A DNA stretch of 64,000 nucleotides from Cyclobacteriaceae bacterium (GCA_035430125.1 DAOMGC010000004.1:36037-100036), one strand, 5' to 3'; shown: positions 1 through 9,485, numbered from the stretch's first letter. The notes: a model not told the origin generated them from the letters alone. A program made the numbers and translations.

Positions 1-1
1 T

Positions 2-775
2 TCTGCAGGACTTGCCACCCAGGGTCTGGTACCATTTTGCAATATTTACTCCTCGTTTATGCAGCGTGCCTACGACCAGGTAGTGCATGATGTGTGCATT
101 CAGAATTTGCCAGTCAATTTCTGTTTAGACCGCGCGGGCTTTGCGGGTTCTGATGGTCCAACCCATCACGGCGCTTACGATTTGGCCTATTTTCGGTGTC
201 TGCCCAATATGATTGTGGCTGCACCAATGAACGAGTCCGAATTGAGGAACCTGATGTTTACAGCCCAGCTTCCGCGCAAGGAGCAAGCATTCTCAATCCG
301 ATATCCCCGCGGACAGGGTGTGCTGCATCAGTGGCAAACACCTTTCGAGGAAGTCAAAATTGGAACGGGTCGTGTTATCCGCGAAGGTCAGGAATTGGCC
401 GTACTCACCATTGGTCATATCGGCAACTACGCCGTGGAGGTTTGTGAGCGATTGGAAAAAGAAGGAATTCGCATTGGCCACTACGACATGCGATTTGTAA
501 AGCCTTTGGATGAAGCATTGCTACACCACATCTTCAAGAACTATGCAAAAATTATTACCGTGGAAGACGGATGCATAGCCGGAGGATTTGGCAGTGCCGT
601 GCTGGAATTCATGGCCGATCAAGGTTACCGTGCTGAGGTAAAGCGTTTGGGTATACCAGATGCAGTCATAGAACACGGAGAACAACTTGAACTGCATGAC
701 GAATGTGGATTTGGCCCGAAAGGGATTGAATCAGCAGTTCGCATTATGCTTGAGCCCGTTACGAGGTTAGCTTGA
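2..775 (+). CDS. dxs: 1-deoxy-D-xylulose-5-phosphate synthase, C-terminal part (5' end outside window)
   Basis: Frame is open from the window edge. ...IYSSFMQRAYDQVVHDV...DRAGFAGSDGPTHHGAYDLAYFRCLPN... is typical of the DXS transketolase-like middle and C-terminal domains. Confidence 0.9.
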   Translation, partial: SAGLATQGLVPFCNIYSSFMQRAYDQVVHDVCIQNLPVNFCLDRAGFAGSDGPTHHGAYDLAYFRCLPNMIVAAPMNESELRNLMFTAQLPRKEQAFSIRYPRGQGVLHQWQTPFEEVKIGTGRVIREGQELAVLTIGHIGNYAVEVCERLEKEGIRIGHYDMRFVKPLDEALLHHIFKNYAKIITVEDGCIAGGFGSAVLEFMADQGYRAEVKRLGIPDAVIEHGEQLELHDECGFGPKGIESAVRIMLEPVTRLA

Positions 776-776
776 C

Positions 777-1547
777 ATGCACTCTTTGTTTGTTCACGAT
801 CAAGGTACAGGTCCACCACTTGTACTGATTCATGGATTTTGTGAAACCAGTGAAATCTGGGATTCATTCATTAAATCACTTACCAATCACCACAGGGTTA
901 TTCGACCCGATCTTCCCGGATTTGGTAATTCAGCACCGCTGTCAGGTCGTATAACCATCGATCAGGTGGCAGAAGCACTTGCAGGGTGGCTCAAGCAGTC
1001 AGGTATCCATCAGGCCATGGTCCTGGGCCATTCGTTGGGCGGATATGTCACACTGGCGCTGGCCGAGCAGCATTCCCACTTGCTCAGGGGTTTTGGTCTT
1101 TTCCACTCGACTTGCTTTGCCGATACGGAAGAGAAGAAGGCTAACCGCAACCGCATCATTGAATTTGTTAAACGAAATGGGGTGCGACCCTTTGTAGAAA
1201 CTTTTGTGCCAGGGCTTTTTCATGACAAATACCACCCCGCCATAAACAGTGTCCGTGATATTGCTTCTGGCACGCGCGCGGAAACGCTTATACAATATGC
1301 CGAGGCGATGAGAGACCGGCCTGACCGTTCGGGGGTACTCGAAATATCGACGGCGCCAAAGCTTATCATCGCTGGGAGGGAAGATGCCGCAGTTCCTGTC
1401 CTCGATTCCCGGAAAATGGCGAAATTAGGTCAAAAAACCACATATTCTGAATTGGAGAGGGTAGCACACATGGGATTTCTGGAGGCCCCAGCGGAATGCA
1501 GGCTGATCACTACGAGTTTTACCGACCGCCTCTTCGAGTCTAATTAG
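777..1547 (+). CDS. alpha/beta-fold hydrolase
   Basis: 256 aa with HGF oxyanion region (LVLIHGFCE) and nucleophile elbow GHSLGG. The ATG lies 1 nt after the dxs stop. Confidence 0.75.
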   Translation: MHSLFVHDQGTGPPLVLIHGFCETSEIWDSFIKSLTNHHRVIRPDLPGFGNSAPLSGRITIDQVAEALAGWLKQSGIHQAMVLGHSLGGYVTLALAEQHSHLLRGFGLFHSTCFADTEEKKANRNRIIEFVKRNGVRPFVETFVPGLFHDKYHPAINSVRDIASGTRAETLIQYAEAMRDRPDRSGVLEISTAPKLIIAGREDAAVPVLDSRKMAKLGQKTTYSELERVAHMGFLEAPAECRLITTSFTDRLFESN

Positions 1548-1633
1548 AATTATTTTACGCCGTTTTGGAATTTTAGTGGTAATCACGCTAAATTGGTGAT
1601 TCATTTGAAAATTGTCTGTAAACACGAGAACCT

Positions 1634-1641
1634 TATATTTG
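1634..1641 (+). promoter_or_regulatory. candidate Bacteroidota -7 promoter box (TATATTTG)
   Basis: Matches TAnnTTTG, with a TTG about 19 nt upstream, 34 nt before the 1676 start. Confidence 0.3.
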
Positions 1642-1675
1642 TCGTTAATTAACAACTGAAAAACACTCAAACACC

Positions 1676-2416
1676 ATGGGAGAGGCACAATACGCATCTT
1701 GGAATATCTTGGCCCATAATGTAGCCTACATCTGCTGGGCAGCCGGCATACTGATTGTATTGGGTTACATTGTCAGGCTGTCCACTATTCCAGATAATAA
1801 GGACAAGTATGACTTTATCAATCGTCATGAGGTGAATGTTTTGTGGTATGCCAGCATTATTCTCGTGCTTGGAGGCTGCTTCTTCTTTAATGGAAATATC
1901 GTTGAGATCACCACCATCATGTACTTCGTACGTGGATTTGTGACCATAATGATGGGTGTTCTGGTGGCCCTAATCATACAAAACCTGCTGAAATTCTATT
2001 ATCCTTTCTTTATTGAGAAGCGTCTTAAGGTATTGCGCTATAAGCCACGGATTTCCCCAAAGACCGGCAAACCTATGAAATTGCTGAGCGAAGAGGAGGA
2101 AGACGTTCACCTTGACGAAGGGATGCAAGCAGAGGAAAACCTCTTCTCCGTTGACTACGACGTATGGAAAGACGAGGAAACTGGCTTTGTTAAAATTGAA
2201 AAATATGCTGGTCACTTGCACGCAATCCAGTGTCCTGAGTGTAACTACCAGACCTTTAAGGTTCAGCGCGAAGAAATTGTGAAACAGCCTACTGAAACGG
2301 AAGAAGGAGAGATCATCAAGCATTACCAGTGCAGCTATTGCGGCTACAAGGCGCGTAAAAATGTTGCCCTGAAACCACAGATTAAATCAGCCGAATCAAC
2401 TACGGCTACGGCTTAA
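1676..2416 (+). CDS. membrane protein with C-terminal CxxC...CxxC zinc-ribbon
   Basis: 246 aa. Three to four hydrophobic helices in the N-terminal half, an acidic linker (LSEEEEDVHLDEG), then CPECNYQ...CSYCGYK. Confidence 0.6.
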   Translation: MGEAQYASWNILAHNVAYICWAAGILIVLGYIVRLSTIPDNKDKYDFINRHEVNVLWYASIILVLGGCFFFNGNIVEITTIMYFVRGFVTIMMGVLVALIIQNLLKFYYPFFIEKRLKVLRYKPRISPKTGKPMKLLSEEEEDVHLDEGMQAEENLFSVDYDVWKDEETGFVKIEKYAGHLHAIQCPECNYQTFKVQREEIVKQPTETEEGEIIKHYQCSYCGYKARKNVALKPQIKSAESTTATA

Positions 2417-2435
2417 TCTAAACCAAATCAAAAGT

Positions 2436-2465
2436 AAAGGCCCCGAATTTCGGGGCCTTTTTATT
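2436..2465. terminator. bidirectional rho-independent terminator
   Basis: GGCCCCG-aattt-CGGGGCC hairpin with an A-run before and a T-run after, between convergent genes. Confidence 0.7.
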
Positions 2466-2726
2466 TTATCCGGGAATCAGCGCTTCAGGAAGCTTGATCT
2501 GCGCCTCATAAAAATTCATTCGACTGTGACGGCTATCGAGCAAAGCAATTTTCTCAATACAATCGCGCTTGTGGTGATAAAATACCTCCAGGTAGTAGTT
2601 ATGAAAGAGATATAGATTGACCTTATATCCGTAATACCGGATACTCATCACGCAGGTGCCATGCTCATATAGCAGACTGATCTGCTTGTGGAGCGGTTGT
2701 GCTTTGAAGGCCGGATACGAGATCAT
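2466..2726 (-). CDS. hypothetical small protein (86 aa)
   Basis: ORF only. It fills the gap between the terminator and the next gene. No motif recognised. Confidence 0.4.
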   Translation of the reverse strand: MISYPAFKAQPLHKQISLLYEHGTCVMSIRYYGYKVNLYLFHNYYLEVFYHHKRDCIEKIALLDSRHSRMNFYEAQIKLPEALIPG

Positions 2727-2752
2727 TCATGAAGGTACTTAAACAAGAATGC

Positions 2753-3610
2753 TTAGGCCAGTTTTTTGGAAAAGAATGCGAGCGTACGCTCCCACGCCAG
2801 CTTTGCCGCAGCTTCATTGTATCGGGTGGGTGCCGTGTCATTGTGAAATGCATGCTGAGCTCCTTCGTACTGATACAACTCGTAGCTAATGTTTGATTTC
2901 TTAAGGGCCTCTTCATAGGCTGGAATTCCCGCATTGATGCGATCATCCATGCCTGCATAGTGCAACTGGAGAGCAGCTTTTATTTTTGGAACATCCGCCA
3001 CATCGGCCTGTCGGCCATAAAAGGCCACGGCAGCTTTCAACGCAGTCACATTCACCGCCAATTGATTGACCATGCCTCCACCCCAGCAGAATCCAACCGT
3101 GCCAAACTTACCGTTGCAATCTGAACGATGCCCCAGGTAATCAAAGGCAAGGACAAAATTCTTAAGGTTTTTGGGCGCATCCAGTTTCTGGAACATATCC
3201 CTGGCTTGATCGGCATCTGCCGGGGTGCCACCCAATGGCGATAGCGCATCGGGTGCGAGTGCGATATATCCGGCTAAAGCCACGCGCCGGGCGACATCTT
3301 CAATGTGCGGGTTGAGACCACGGTTTTCATGAATCACTACCACTGCAGGCAGTTTGGCATCTCCCTTCGGACGAGCCACGTAGCCTTTCATCGTCCCACC
3401 GTCACCATCATAATTAATTCGATCTGTCGTGATCCGGTCGTCCTGGTCCGGGATGGTGGCCGCTTTGGCATAATTCACCTCTAGCAATGGCAGTACCGCC
3501 AGGGCTGCTGCCGTGCTTCCAGTAATTGCCTTAAGCCGCGTCATGAATTCTTCGCGACCCAGTGGCTTATGGGTGAATTCGTCAAACAGATTGATGATAC
3601 GCTGATCCAT
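2753..3610 (-). CDS. dienelactone hydrolase family protein (exported)
   Basis: 285 aa. N-terminal signal-like region (ITGSTAAALAVLPLL), VVVIHENRGLNPHIEDV, GFCWGG nucleophile motif and C-terminal HAFHND. Confidence 0.8.
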   Translation of the reverse strand: MDQRIINLFDEFTHKPLGREEFMTRLKAITGSTAAALAVLPLLEVNYAKAATIPDQDDRITTDRINYDGDGGTMKGYVARPKGDAKLPAVVVIHENRGLNPHIEDVARRVALAGYIALAPDALSPLGGTPADADQARDMFQKLDAPKNLKNFVLAFDYLGHRSDCNGKFGTVGFCWGGGMVNQLAVNVTALKAAVAFYGRQADVADVPKIKAALQLHYAGMDDRINAGIPAYEEALKKSNISYELYQYEGAQHAFHNDTAPTRYNEAAAKLAWERTLAFFSKKLA

Positions 3611-3712
3611 AAATATGGGGTTTATAGCATTAATAGTAGCTTTTTTTTGAAGAACCCGGAAGCCCCATTTGACGGTAGGTAAATTCTGGCTTGGATATTC
3701 CTTTGCCCTACC

Positions 3713-3720
3713 TAAATTTG
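3713..3720 (+). promoter_or_regulatory. candidate -7 promoter box (TAAATTTG) for tRNA-His
   Basis: Perfect TAnnTTTG 11 nt upstream of the tRNA 5' end. Confidence 0.35.
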
Positions 3721-3731
3721 CCCTCCCAAAC

Positions 3732-3806
3732 GGTGAATGTAGTTCAGTTGGTTAGAACGCCAGATTGTGATTCTGGAGGTCGCGGGTTCGAGTCCCGTCT
3801 TTCACC
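3732..3806 (+). tRNA. tRNA-His (anticodon GTG)
   Basis: Hand-folded cloverleaf with D stem GTTC/GAAC, anticodon stem CCAGA/TCTGG, loop TTGTGAT (GTG at 3767-3769) and T arm GCGGG-TTCGAGT-CCCGT. An encoded extra 5' G(-1) pairs with C73, which is the His identity feature. CCA is not encoded. Confidence 0.9.
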
Positions 3807-3811
3807 CCTAG

Positions 3812-3837
3812 ATGCCGGTCAAAAGCCGGCATTTTTT
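3812..3837 (+). terminator. rho-independent terminator after tRNA-His
   Basis: ATGCCGG-tcaaaag-CCGGCAT hairpin followed by TTTTT. Confidence 0.65.
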
Positions 3838-3849
3838 GTTCCCGAAGAT

Positions 3850-5184
3850 TTACGGGTTTCTGAAGGTTAGACGGTGGCCAGCATATCCCTCAATCATTTG
3901 GCCATTTTCGTAGGCGAGGTGACCTGAAACAAAAGTTTGTGTTACCGCGCTTTTGAATGTCTGTCCTTCAAACGGTGACCAGCCACACTTAGCCAGGATA
4001 TTGGACTTATGCACGGTCCAGGATTTATTGGGATCCACCAATACCAAATCAGCGAAATATCCTTCACGTATAAAGCCCCGGTCGTTGATGCGAAATAGGA
4101 TGGCCGGATGGTGTGCTGCTTTGCGCACAATTTCTTCCACACTGATCATTCCCTGATGATACTTTTCCATTAAGGCCACGAGGCTGTGTTGAACCAACGG
4201 GCCACCGGAAGGCGCTTTGAAATAGGACTGCGCTTTTTCTTCCATGGTATGTGGCGCGTGGTCGGTGGCTATTACGTCAATACGATCATCAAGCAGGGCT
4301 TTCCAGATCAATGCGCGATCATGACCGGTCTTGATGGCCGGATTCCATTTGATATCAGTTCCCAATCGCTTGTAGTCCTGATCACTAAACCAGAGGTGAT
4401 GAATGCATGCTTCAGCGGTGATCTTTTTTTCATGAAGGGGTATGCTATTATCAAACAGTTCCGTTTCTCGGGCCGTGGAGATATGAAGCACATGCAATCT
4501 CGTGCCATGTGTTCGGGCCAGTGCAACGGCCATCGATGACGAGGCATAGCATCCCTCGGCACTCCTGATGAGCGGATGACACTCGATGGGAACCTGCTCG
4601 CCGTATTGCCCCCTGAATTTCTCCATGTTGTTGCGGATGGTAGCCTCGTCTTCACAATGCGTGGCGATGAGTCCCGGGAAGCGTGAAAAGAATCCTTCCA
4701 ATACCCGCGGATCGTCAACCAGCAGATTTCCCGTAGAGGAACCCATAAATATTTTTAGTCCACAGACCTGACGCAGGTCTGTGCGCAAGACTTCATCAAG
4801 GTTGTCATTGGATGCGCCCATGAAGAATGAAAAATTGGCCAGTGAATCGTTGGCGGCCACGGCGTATTTCTGCTCCAGCAGTTCCTGGGTGAAGGTGGGC
4901 GGAGATGTGTTGGGCATCTCCATGAAACTGGTGATGCCTCCAGCCACAGCAGCCCGTGATTCGGTGAAAATAGTGCCCTTGTGCGTGAGTCCTGGTTCGC
5001 GAAAATGAACCTGATCATCAATGAATCCCGGGAATAGAAATTTACCGGCCGCGTCAATAACACGCTCAGCGGGGTCGGTTAGGTGTTTGCCAATCTTTTC
5101 GATGCGCTGACCATGTATTAGAACGTCACCCTCAACGACCTTACCTTCGTTTACTATCTTCGCGTTTACTATTCGGGTATTCAT
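3850..5184 (-). CDS. pyrC: dihydroorotase (amidohydrolase superfamily)
   Basis: 444 aa. DDQVHFREPGLTHKG metal-binding HxH region and ...ATDHAPH... late motif. The overall pattern is typical of long Bacteroidota PyrC. Confidence 0.8.
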   Translation of the reverse strand: MNTRIVNAKIVNEGKVVEGDVLIHGQRIEKIGKHLTDPAERVIDAAGKFLFPGFIDDQVHFREPGLTHKGTIFTESRAAVAGGITSFMEMPNTSPPTFTQELLEQKYAVAANDSLANFSFFMGASNDNLDEVLRTDLRQVCGLKIFMGSSTGNLLVDDPRVLEGFFSRFPGLIATHCEDEATIRNNMEKFRGQYGEQVPIECHPLIRSAEGCYASSSMAVALARTHGTRLHVLHISTARETELFDNSIPLHEKKITAEACIHHLWFSDQDYKRLGTDIKWNPAIKTGHDRALIWKALLDDRIDVIATDHAPHTMEEKAQSYFKAPSGGPLVQHSLVALMEKYHQGMISVEEIVRKAAHHPAILFRINDRGFIREGYFADLVLVDPNKSWTVHKSNILAKCGWSPFEGQTFKSAVTQTFVSGHLAYENGQMIEGYAGHRLTFRNP

Positions 5185-5208
5185 GGTACAGTAAATATAA
5201 ATCCTATT

Positions 5209-6468
5209 GTGTTGGAAGCCGCAAATAATTCATGGGAGTCTCTTAAACTAAATCCTTCACTGTATAAGGCATTAGCGGAGGCCGGCTTTCAGCACCCCAC
5301 CGAGATTCAAAGAAAGGTAGTTCCCTTGGTGCTGGGAGGGCAGGCCGTAATTGGTGTTGCCCAGACGGGTACTGGGAAAACGGCAGCCTACCTACTGCCT
5401 TTACTCAAAAAATTGTCACATGCCCAGGGCAATGATCCACGTGTGTTGGTGCTGGTCCCTACCAAGGAATTGGTGGTACAGGTTGTGGCCCATGCGGTGT
5501 TACTGGCTTCACGTACAGATCTCCGTATGGTTGGTTTGTATGGTGGTGTTGGCCCAAAGACCCAGATCGAGCAGCTCCAGGCAGGTGTTGACCTGATTAT
5601 CGCCACGCCAGGCAGATTTATGGAACTTTACTACAAGGAAGAGATTATAGTTAAGCAGATAAAGACCCTTGTGCTGGACGAGGCCGACCGCATGCTCGAC
5701 ATGGGATTCATGCAGCAACTCAAGAAGATATTGGAAGTAATACCGCCTCGCCGGCAGAACCTGCTCTTTTCGGCTACATTCTCTGAGAAAGTGGAAAAGC
5801 TTGCTGCCGAATTCCTGGAGTTTCCGGTTCGTGTAGATGCTACGCCTCTAACTATGGCGGCGCAACAGGTCGAGCAATCGTGCTATCACACACCAAACCT
5901 CAAGACCAAGATCAATTTATTAGACTACCTTTTGCAAGACCGTGAGAAGTTTAGCCGCGTGCTGATCTTTTCCCGCACGAAGGAATCAGCCACAGATATT
6001 TTTAAGTTTATTGACCGTAAAGGACTGGGCCCCGCCCGTGTTATTCATTCAAACAAGGGTCAAAACAGCCGGATCAACGCCATGGATGAATTCAAGAATG
6101 GAAATCTGCGGGTTTTGGTGTCAACGGATGTCTCCGCACGGGGTATCGACGTAGCCAATGTTTCTCACGTGATCAACTTTGATGTGCCACAACGATATGA
6201 GGACTATGTGCACCGTATTGGCCGCACAGGTCGCGCTTTTCACACGGGTGAAGCCATTACCCTGTTGACGGAAGCAGAAGTATTTCACATCCGCCGGATC
6301 GAGAAACTTATTAAGGAGAAGATCAAGGTCAAAAAGCTTCCTGTGGAAGTAGAGATTCCGCCAACCCCTGAGGCAGAAGCGAAAGAAATTGCGAGAGAAG
6401 TGGATAGGCAGAAGCGACTGGAGGATCCAACATTTCAGGGCGCATTCCACGAGAGAAAGAGAAAATAA
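5209..6468 (+). CDS. DEAD-box ATP-dependent RNA helicase
   Basis: Q motif (FQHPTEIQ), motif I AQTGTGKT, DEAD (VLDEADRM), SAT, and HRIGRTGR. GTG start. Confidence 0.9.
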   Translation: MLEAANNSWESLKLNPSLYKALAEAGFQHPTEIQRKVVPLVLGGQAVIGVAQTGTGKTAAYLLPLLKKLSHAQGNDPRVLVLVPTKELVVQVVAHAVLLASRTDLRMVGLYGGVGPKTQIEQLQAGVDLIIATPGRFMELYYKEEIIVKQIKTLVLDEADRMLDMGFMQQLKKILEVIPPRRQNLLFSATFSEKVEKLAAEFLEFPVRVDATPLTMAAQQVEQSCYHTPNLKTKINLLDYLLQDREKFSRVLIFSRTKESATDIFKFIDRKGLGPARVIHSNKGQNSRINAMDEFKNGNLRVLVSTDVSARGIDVANVSHVINFDVPQRYEDYVHRIGRTGRAFHTGEAITLLTEAEVFHIRRIEKLIKEKIKVKKLPVEVEIPPTPEAEAKEIAREVDRQKRLEDPTFQGAFHERKRK

Positions 6469-6478
6469 ATTTGATCCC

Positions 6479-7576
6479 ATGACGAAACGTTGTCTGATGT
6501 TCGTCTTGGTTGGCTTTTGCTGCGGTACAGTACTTGGGCAGGTAAGAAACAACAGCATCCGCGGACGACTCAAGCTTGATCTGGACCAGGGATCAGTGAA
6601 ATCTACCACTGCTGGTTCGTCGGTGGAGTGGGATTGCGTCAACAAGGCACTCACCCGCAAATGCATTGTTTACCACAATGATCAGTGGTTTGAATTTACA
6701 GTCCCCGCCCCTGGCCGTTATTTCATTAACATCTCCGCACAACAATGCGCCGACAACCTCGGTGTGCAGGCGATTGTTATCGAGGGCAATCCGTGTGAAA
6801 TTGCAACCTATCGCATTCTTCGTTGTATCAACCGCATCCGGCGGGAAGACGCCTATATTCAGATGGATTCATTGCGTCCCGGTATTCCCTATCTCGTAAA
6901 CATTGATGGGTTTTTGGGTGACGCCTGCGACTTCAATATTGAGCTGGCTTCAAAGGCCCACGGGTTACCTTATCAGGAGATCCGAAGTGATTCTACCTAC
7001 ACGCCGGTGGTGCAACAGCGGCGCGCGTTTAGAATGCACTGGCAAGCTGATGACCGTATCAACGGCTGGCAGTCATTCCGGGTGTATCGGTGGTTCGGCC
7101 AGGGCCGACCTTCACTTATCCGGGAAGAAGTGGTGGTGCGGAATGCCTATGGTCGACCAAAGTTTGACTATCAGGCTGAAGACTCCTTAATTAAGGAAGG
7201 CTTATACACCTATAAGGTATATGCTGTCGAGCGGGAAGATTTTACGCTGGTGCCTCTGGTGACTCAACAAGTTACGTTTTTAACACCGCCACCCGTACCG
7301 AAAACACCCGATCCAGAGCGATCCGTAAAGATAACTTTGCCTTTCAAAGACCGGATTGCCGTTGATATCATCATCTATGACCAAAAGAATGACGAGAAAA
7401 AGCGAACGACCCGCTTATTGTTCGATCCTACCAGGTCCAACACCCTTGATATCCCCATGGGGGACCTTCTGGATCTGGGGATAGTCAGATTCCTGGTACT
7501 GGTTGCCAACACGCAATCGCAGGAGGCATTAGAATTCTATTACAACTATACCGGGGGGCGTTTTGTAAGGGAATAA
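6479..7576 (+). CDS. secreted hypothetical protein
   Basis: I chose the internal ATG at 6479, which gives signal peptide MTKRCLMFVLVGFCCGTVLGQ. The upstream ORF extension overlaps the helicase. No domain recognised. Confidence 0.6.
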   Translation: MTKRCLMFVLVGFCCGTVLGQVRNNSIRGRLKLDLDQGSVKSTTAGSSVEWDCVNKALTRKCIVYHNDQWFEFTVPAPGRYFINISAQQCADNLGVQAIVIEGNPCEIATYRILRCINRIRREDAYIQMDSLRPGIPYLVNIDGFLGDACDFNIELASKAHGLPYQEIRSDSTYTPVVQQRRAFRMHWQADDRINGWQSFRVYRWFGQGRPSLIREEVVVRNAYGRPKFDYQAEDSLIKEGLYTYKVYAVEREDFTLVPLVTQQVTFLTPPPVPKTPDPERSVKITLPFKDRIAVDIIIYDQKNDEKKRTTRLLFDPTRSNTLDIPMGDLLDLGIVRFLVLVANTQSQEALEFYYNYTGGRFVRE

Positions 7577-7606
7577 AAAAAGCGCAACCTGGGCTGCGCT
7601 TTTTTT
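7575..7606. terminator. bidirectional rho-independent terminator
   Basis: AAAAAAAGCGCA-acctgggc-TGCGCTTTTTTT between convergent genes. Confidence 0.7.
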
Positions 7607-7622
7607 GCAATTAATGTTATTA

Positions 7623-9200
7623 TTATCCATTCATGGAGATCAGGAACTCCTGGTTGTTGCGGGTTCCCTTCATTTTGCTTTGGAGGAACTCCATGGCTTC
7701 AATCGAGTTCATGTCACTCATGTACTTGCGCAGGATCCACACGCGGGCAAGTTCGTCTTCTTTCATGAGAAGGTCCTCGCGACGAGTACCAGAGGCAGGA
7801 ACATCAATGGCAGGGTAAATGCGCTTGTTGGAGAGCTTGCGATCGAGCTGCAATTCCATGTTGCCGGTTCCCTTAAATTCTTCGAAGATAACTTCGTCCA
7901 TTTTCGATCCTGTATCGATCAGCGCAGTAGCGATAATGGTCAGGGAGCCGCCGTTTTCTATTTTCCGGGCCGCACCAAAGAAGCGTTTGGGCTTGTGCAG
8001 TGCATTGGCATCCACACCACCCGAGAGGATTTTTCCGGATGAAGGAACCACTGTATTGTGGGCCCTCGCCAGGCGGGTGATTGAATCAAGCAGAATCACC
8101 ACATCATGGCCGCACTCGGTCATGCGTTTGGCTTTTTCGAGTACGATGCTCGCGATTTTCACGTGGCGATCAGCTTGTTCGTCGAAAGTCGAAGCGATAA
8201 CTTCAGCACGAACGCTACGTGCCATATCAGTAACTTCTTCAGGGCGTTCGTCAATCAACAATACGATCAGGTATACTTCAGGGTGGTTTTCAGCGATAGC
8301 ATTAGCAATCTGCTTCAGCAAAACTGTCTTACCTGTCTTGGGTTGGGCTACGATCATTCCGCGCTGACCCTTACCAATAGGGGAGAAGAGGTCCAGAATC
8401 CGCGTTGACATGTTGTCGGGCGTGGTGCTGAGCTTCAGACGTTCATTGGGGAATAACGGGGTGAGGTATTCAAAGGCCACCCGATCACGGATTTCTTCAG
8501 AGGTCTTGCCGTTAACGTTGTCCACCTTAACCAGGGCGAAGTATTTCTCTCCTTCTTTTGGCGGGCGAATCTGGCCGCGCACCGTATCGCCGGTCTTAAG
8601 GCCCAGCAACTTGATCTGGGATGGTGACACATAAATATCATCCGGGCTGGCCAGGTAGTTATAATCAGAAGATCGCAGGAAGCCGTATCCATCCTGCATC
8701 AACTCAAGAACACCCTCGCTGGTGACCGCACCGTCGAAGTCTTTAATGTTGGAGATGCGCTGTTGTTGTTGACGGTCGGGCTGGAATTCGCGGGGCGGTG
8801 CCTCATGTCCCTGACCAGCCTGGGGCGCAGGTGTGGGAGGCACGGGCGCCTGCGGCGCGGGGGGAGCATCCTCGTTACGAGGTGTTGGTTGTTCAATTTC
8901 AATATCGGCAGACCGCATGACTTCATCGGCGGCGGCTGATTTTTGTTGACCGCGACCTGGTGGTGGCGGTGCTACATTTTCACGGCGGCGTGGGCGCATC
9001 TTGCGATCATCATCCTGATTCGCTGCACCTTTCTTGGCTGGAGCAGGCGCGGCCGGAGATTCTGTCTTGGCCTGTTGATCAAGTATCTTATATACCAGAT
9101 CCTGTTTGGCCAGCTTCTTGGCATTCTTGATGCCCATTTCTTCTGCGATGTCCTTTAATTCAGACAGCAGCCTCACATTGAGGTCGTCGATTGTATACAT
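7623..9200 (-). CDS. rho: transcription termination factor Rho (with long N-terminal insertion)
   Basis: 525 aa. Rho N-terminal helix bundle ([19 protein letters not shown]), RNA-binding OB region (GYGFLRS), Walker A GKTVLL and C-terminal RecA domain. Confidence 0.95.
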   Translation of the reverse strand: MYTIDDLNVRLLSELKDIAEEMGIKNAKKLAKQDLVYKILDQQAKTESPAAPAPAKKGAANQDDDRKMRPRRRENVAPPPPGRGQQKSAAADEVMRSADIEIEQPTPRNEDAPPAPQAPVPPTPAPQAGQGHEAPPREFQPDRQQQQRISNIKDFDGAVTSEGVLELMQDGYGFLRSSDYNYLASPDDIYVSPSQIKLLGLKTGDTVRGQIRPPKEGEKYFALVKVDNVNGKTSEEIRDRVAFEYLTPLFPNERLKLSTTPDNMSTRILDLFSPIGKGQRGMIVAQPKTGKTVLLKQIANAIAENHPEVYLIVLLIDERPEEVTDMARSVRAEVIASTFDEQADRHVKIASIVLEKAKRMTECGHDVVILLDSITRLARAHNTVVPSSGKILSGGVDANALHKPKRFFGAARKIENGGSLTIIATALIDTGSKMDEVIFEEFKGTGNMELQLDRKLSNKRIYPAIDVPASGTRREDLLMKEDELARVWILRKYMSDMNSIEAMEFLQSKMKGTRNNQEFLISMNG

Positions 9201-9455
9201 GTAGGATTAGAAAAAGTAGTTATTACGAGATTGAATTAGAAGGTCACTAAAGAGTTCGGAAGGGATCCGAAATAAATGCCAAAACTTCGTTATCGATTAA
9301 CCAGTAAAAGTTGAATTTATCTATAGAGAAAGACCGGAAGGGCCTTATTGACCCTGCAAGTATAGGTCAAATTGCCCGATTTTCAAATTATGGGTCGAAA
9401 ATTATCCATCTAAAGGCGTAGTTACGCTGACCAGCAGGTTTACCAATAAGGTTTG

Positions 9456-9463
9456 TAATTTTG
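9456..9463 (+). promoter_or_regulatory. candidate -7 promoter box (TAATTTTG) for serS
   Basis: TAnnTTTG 22 nt upstream of the serS ATG. Confidence 0.35.
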
Positions 9464-9485
9464 GGCCCCATAGACAAATAGATTC

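Noticed and set aside
3799-3808. The tRNA-His 3' end (TTTCACCCC) resembles the GTTCACCCC repeats at 14.7 and 15.8 kb, which could hint at tRNA-derived att sites of an integrated element.
   Set aside because: Only 8 nt are shared, and there is no integrase, excisionase or other mobile-element gene anywhere between or beside these sites. The intervening 11 kb is core housekeeping (pyrC, rho, serS, mutS).
5185-5208. Only 24 bp separate the divergent pyrC and DEAD-box helicase starts.
   Set aside because: This is unusual, but it is probably explained by promoters embedded in the neighbouring coding regions or by a slightly downstream true start (TTG at 5212). No structured element is visible in 24 bp.
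6389-6478. N-terminal extensions of several track ORFs (6389, 15754, 26375, 31778, 31685, 32125, 49347, 62225, 63802, 24428).
   Set aside because: In each case an internal ATG yields a canonical signal peptide or the family's usual N-terminus. It also removes an overlap with the neighbouring gene or terminator.
7819-8367. Long ORFs antisense to well-supported genes. Examples are 7605-8042 and 7819-8367 opposite rho, 6121-6666 opposite the helicase, 9440-9859 opposite serS, 32867-33412 opposite prmA, 43202-43693 opposite prfA, 55124-55741 opposite uvrA, and 58333-58812 and 58920-59474 opposite the two-component genes.
   Set aside because: These are shadow ORFs on the opposite strand of genes with unmistakable family motifs. 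Their translations are low-complexity or Arg/Ser/Cys-rich with no recognisable motifs.
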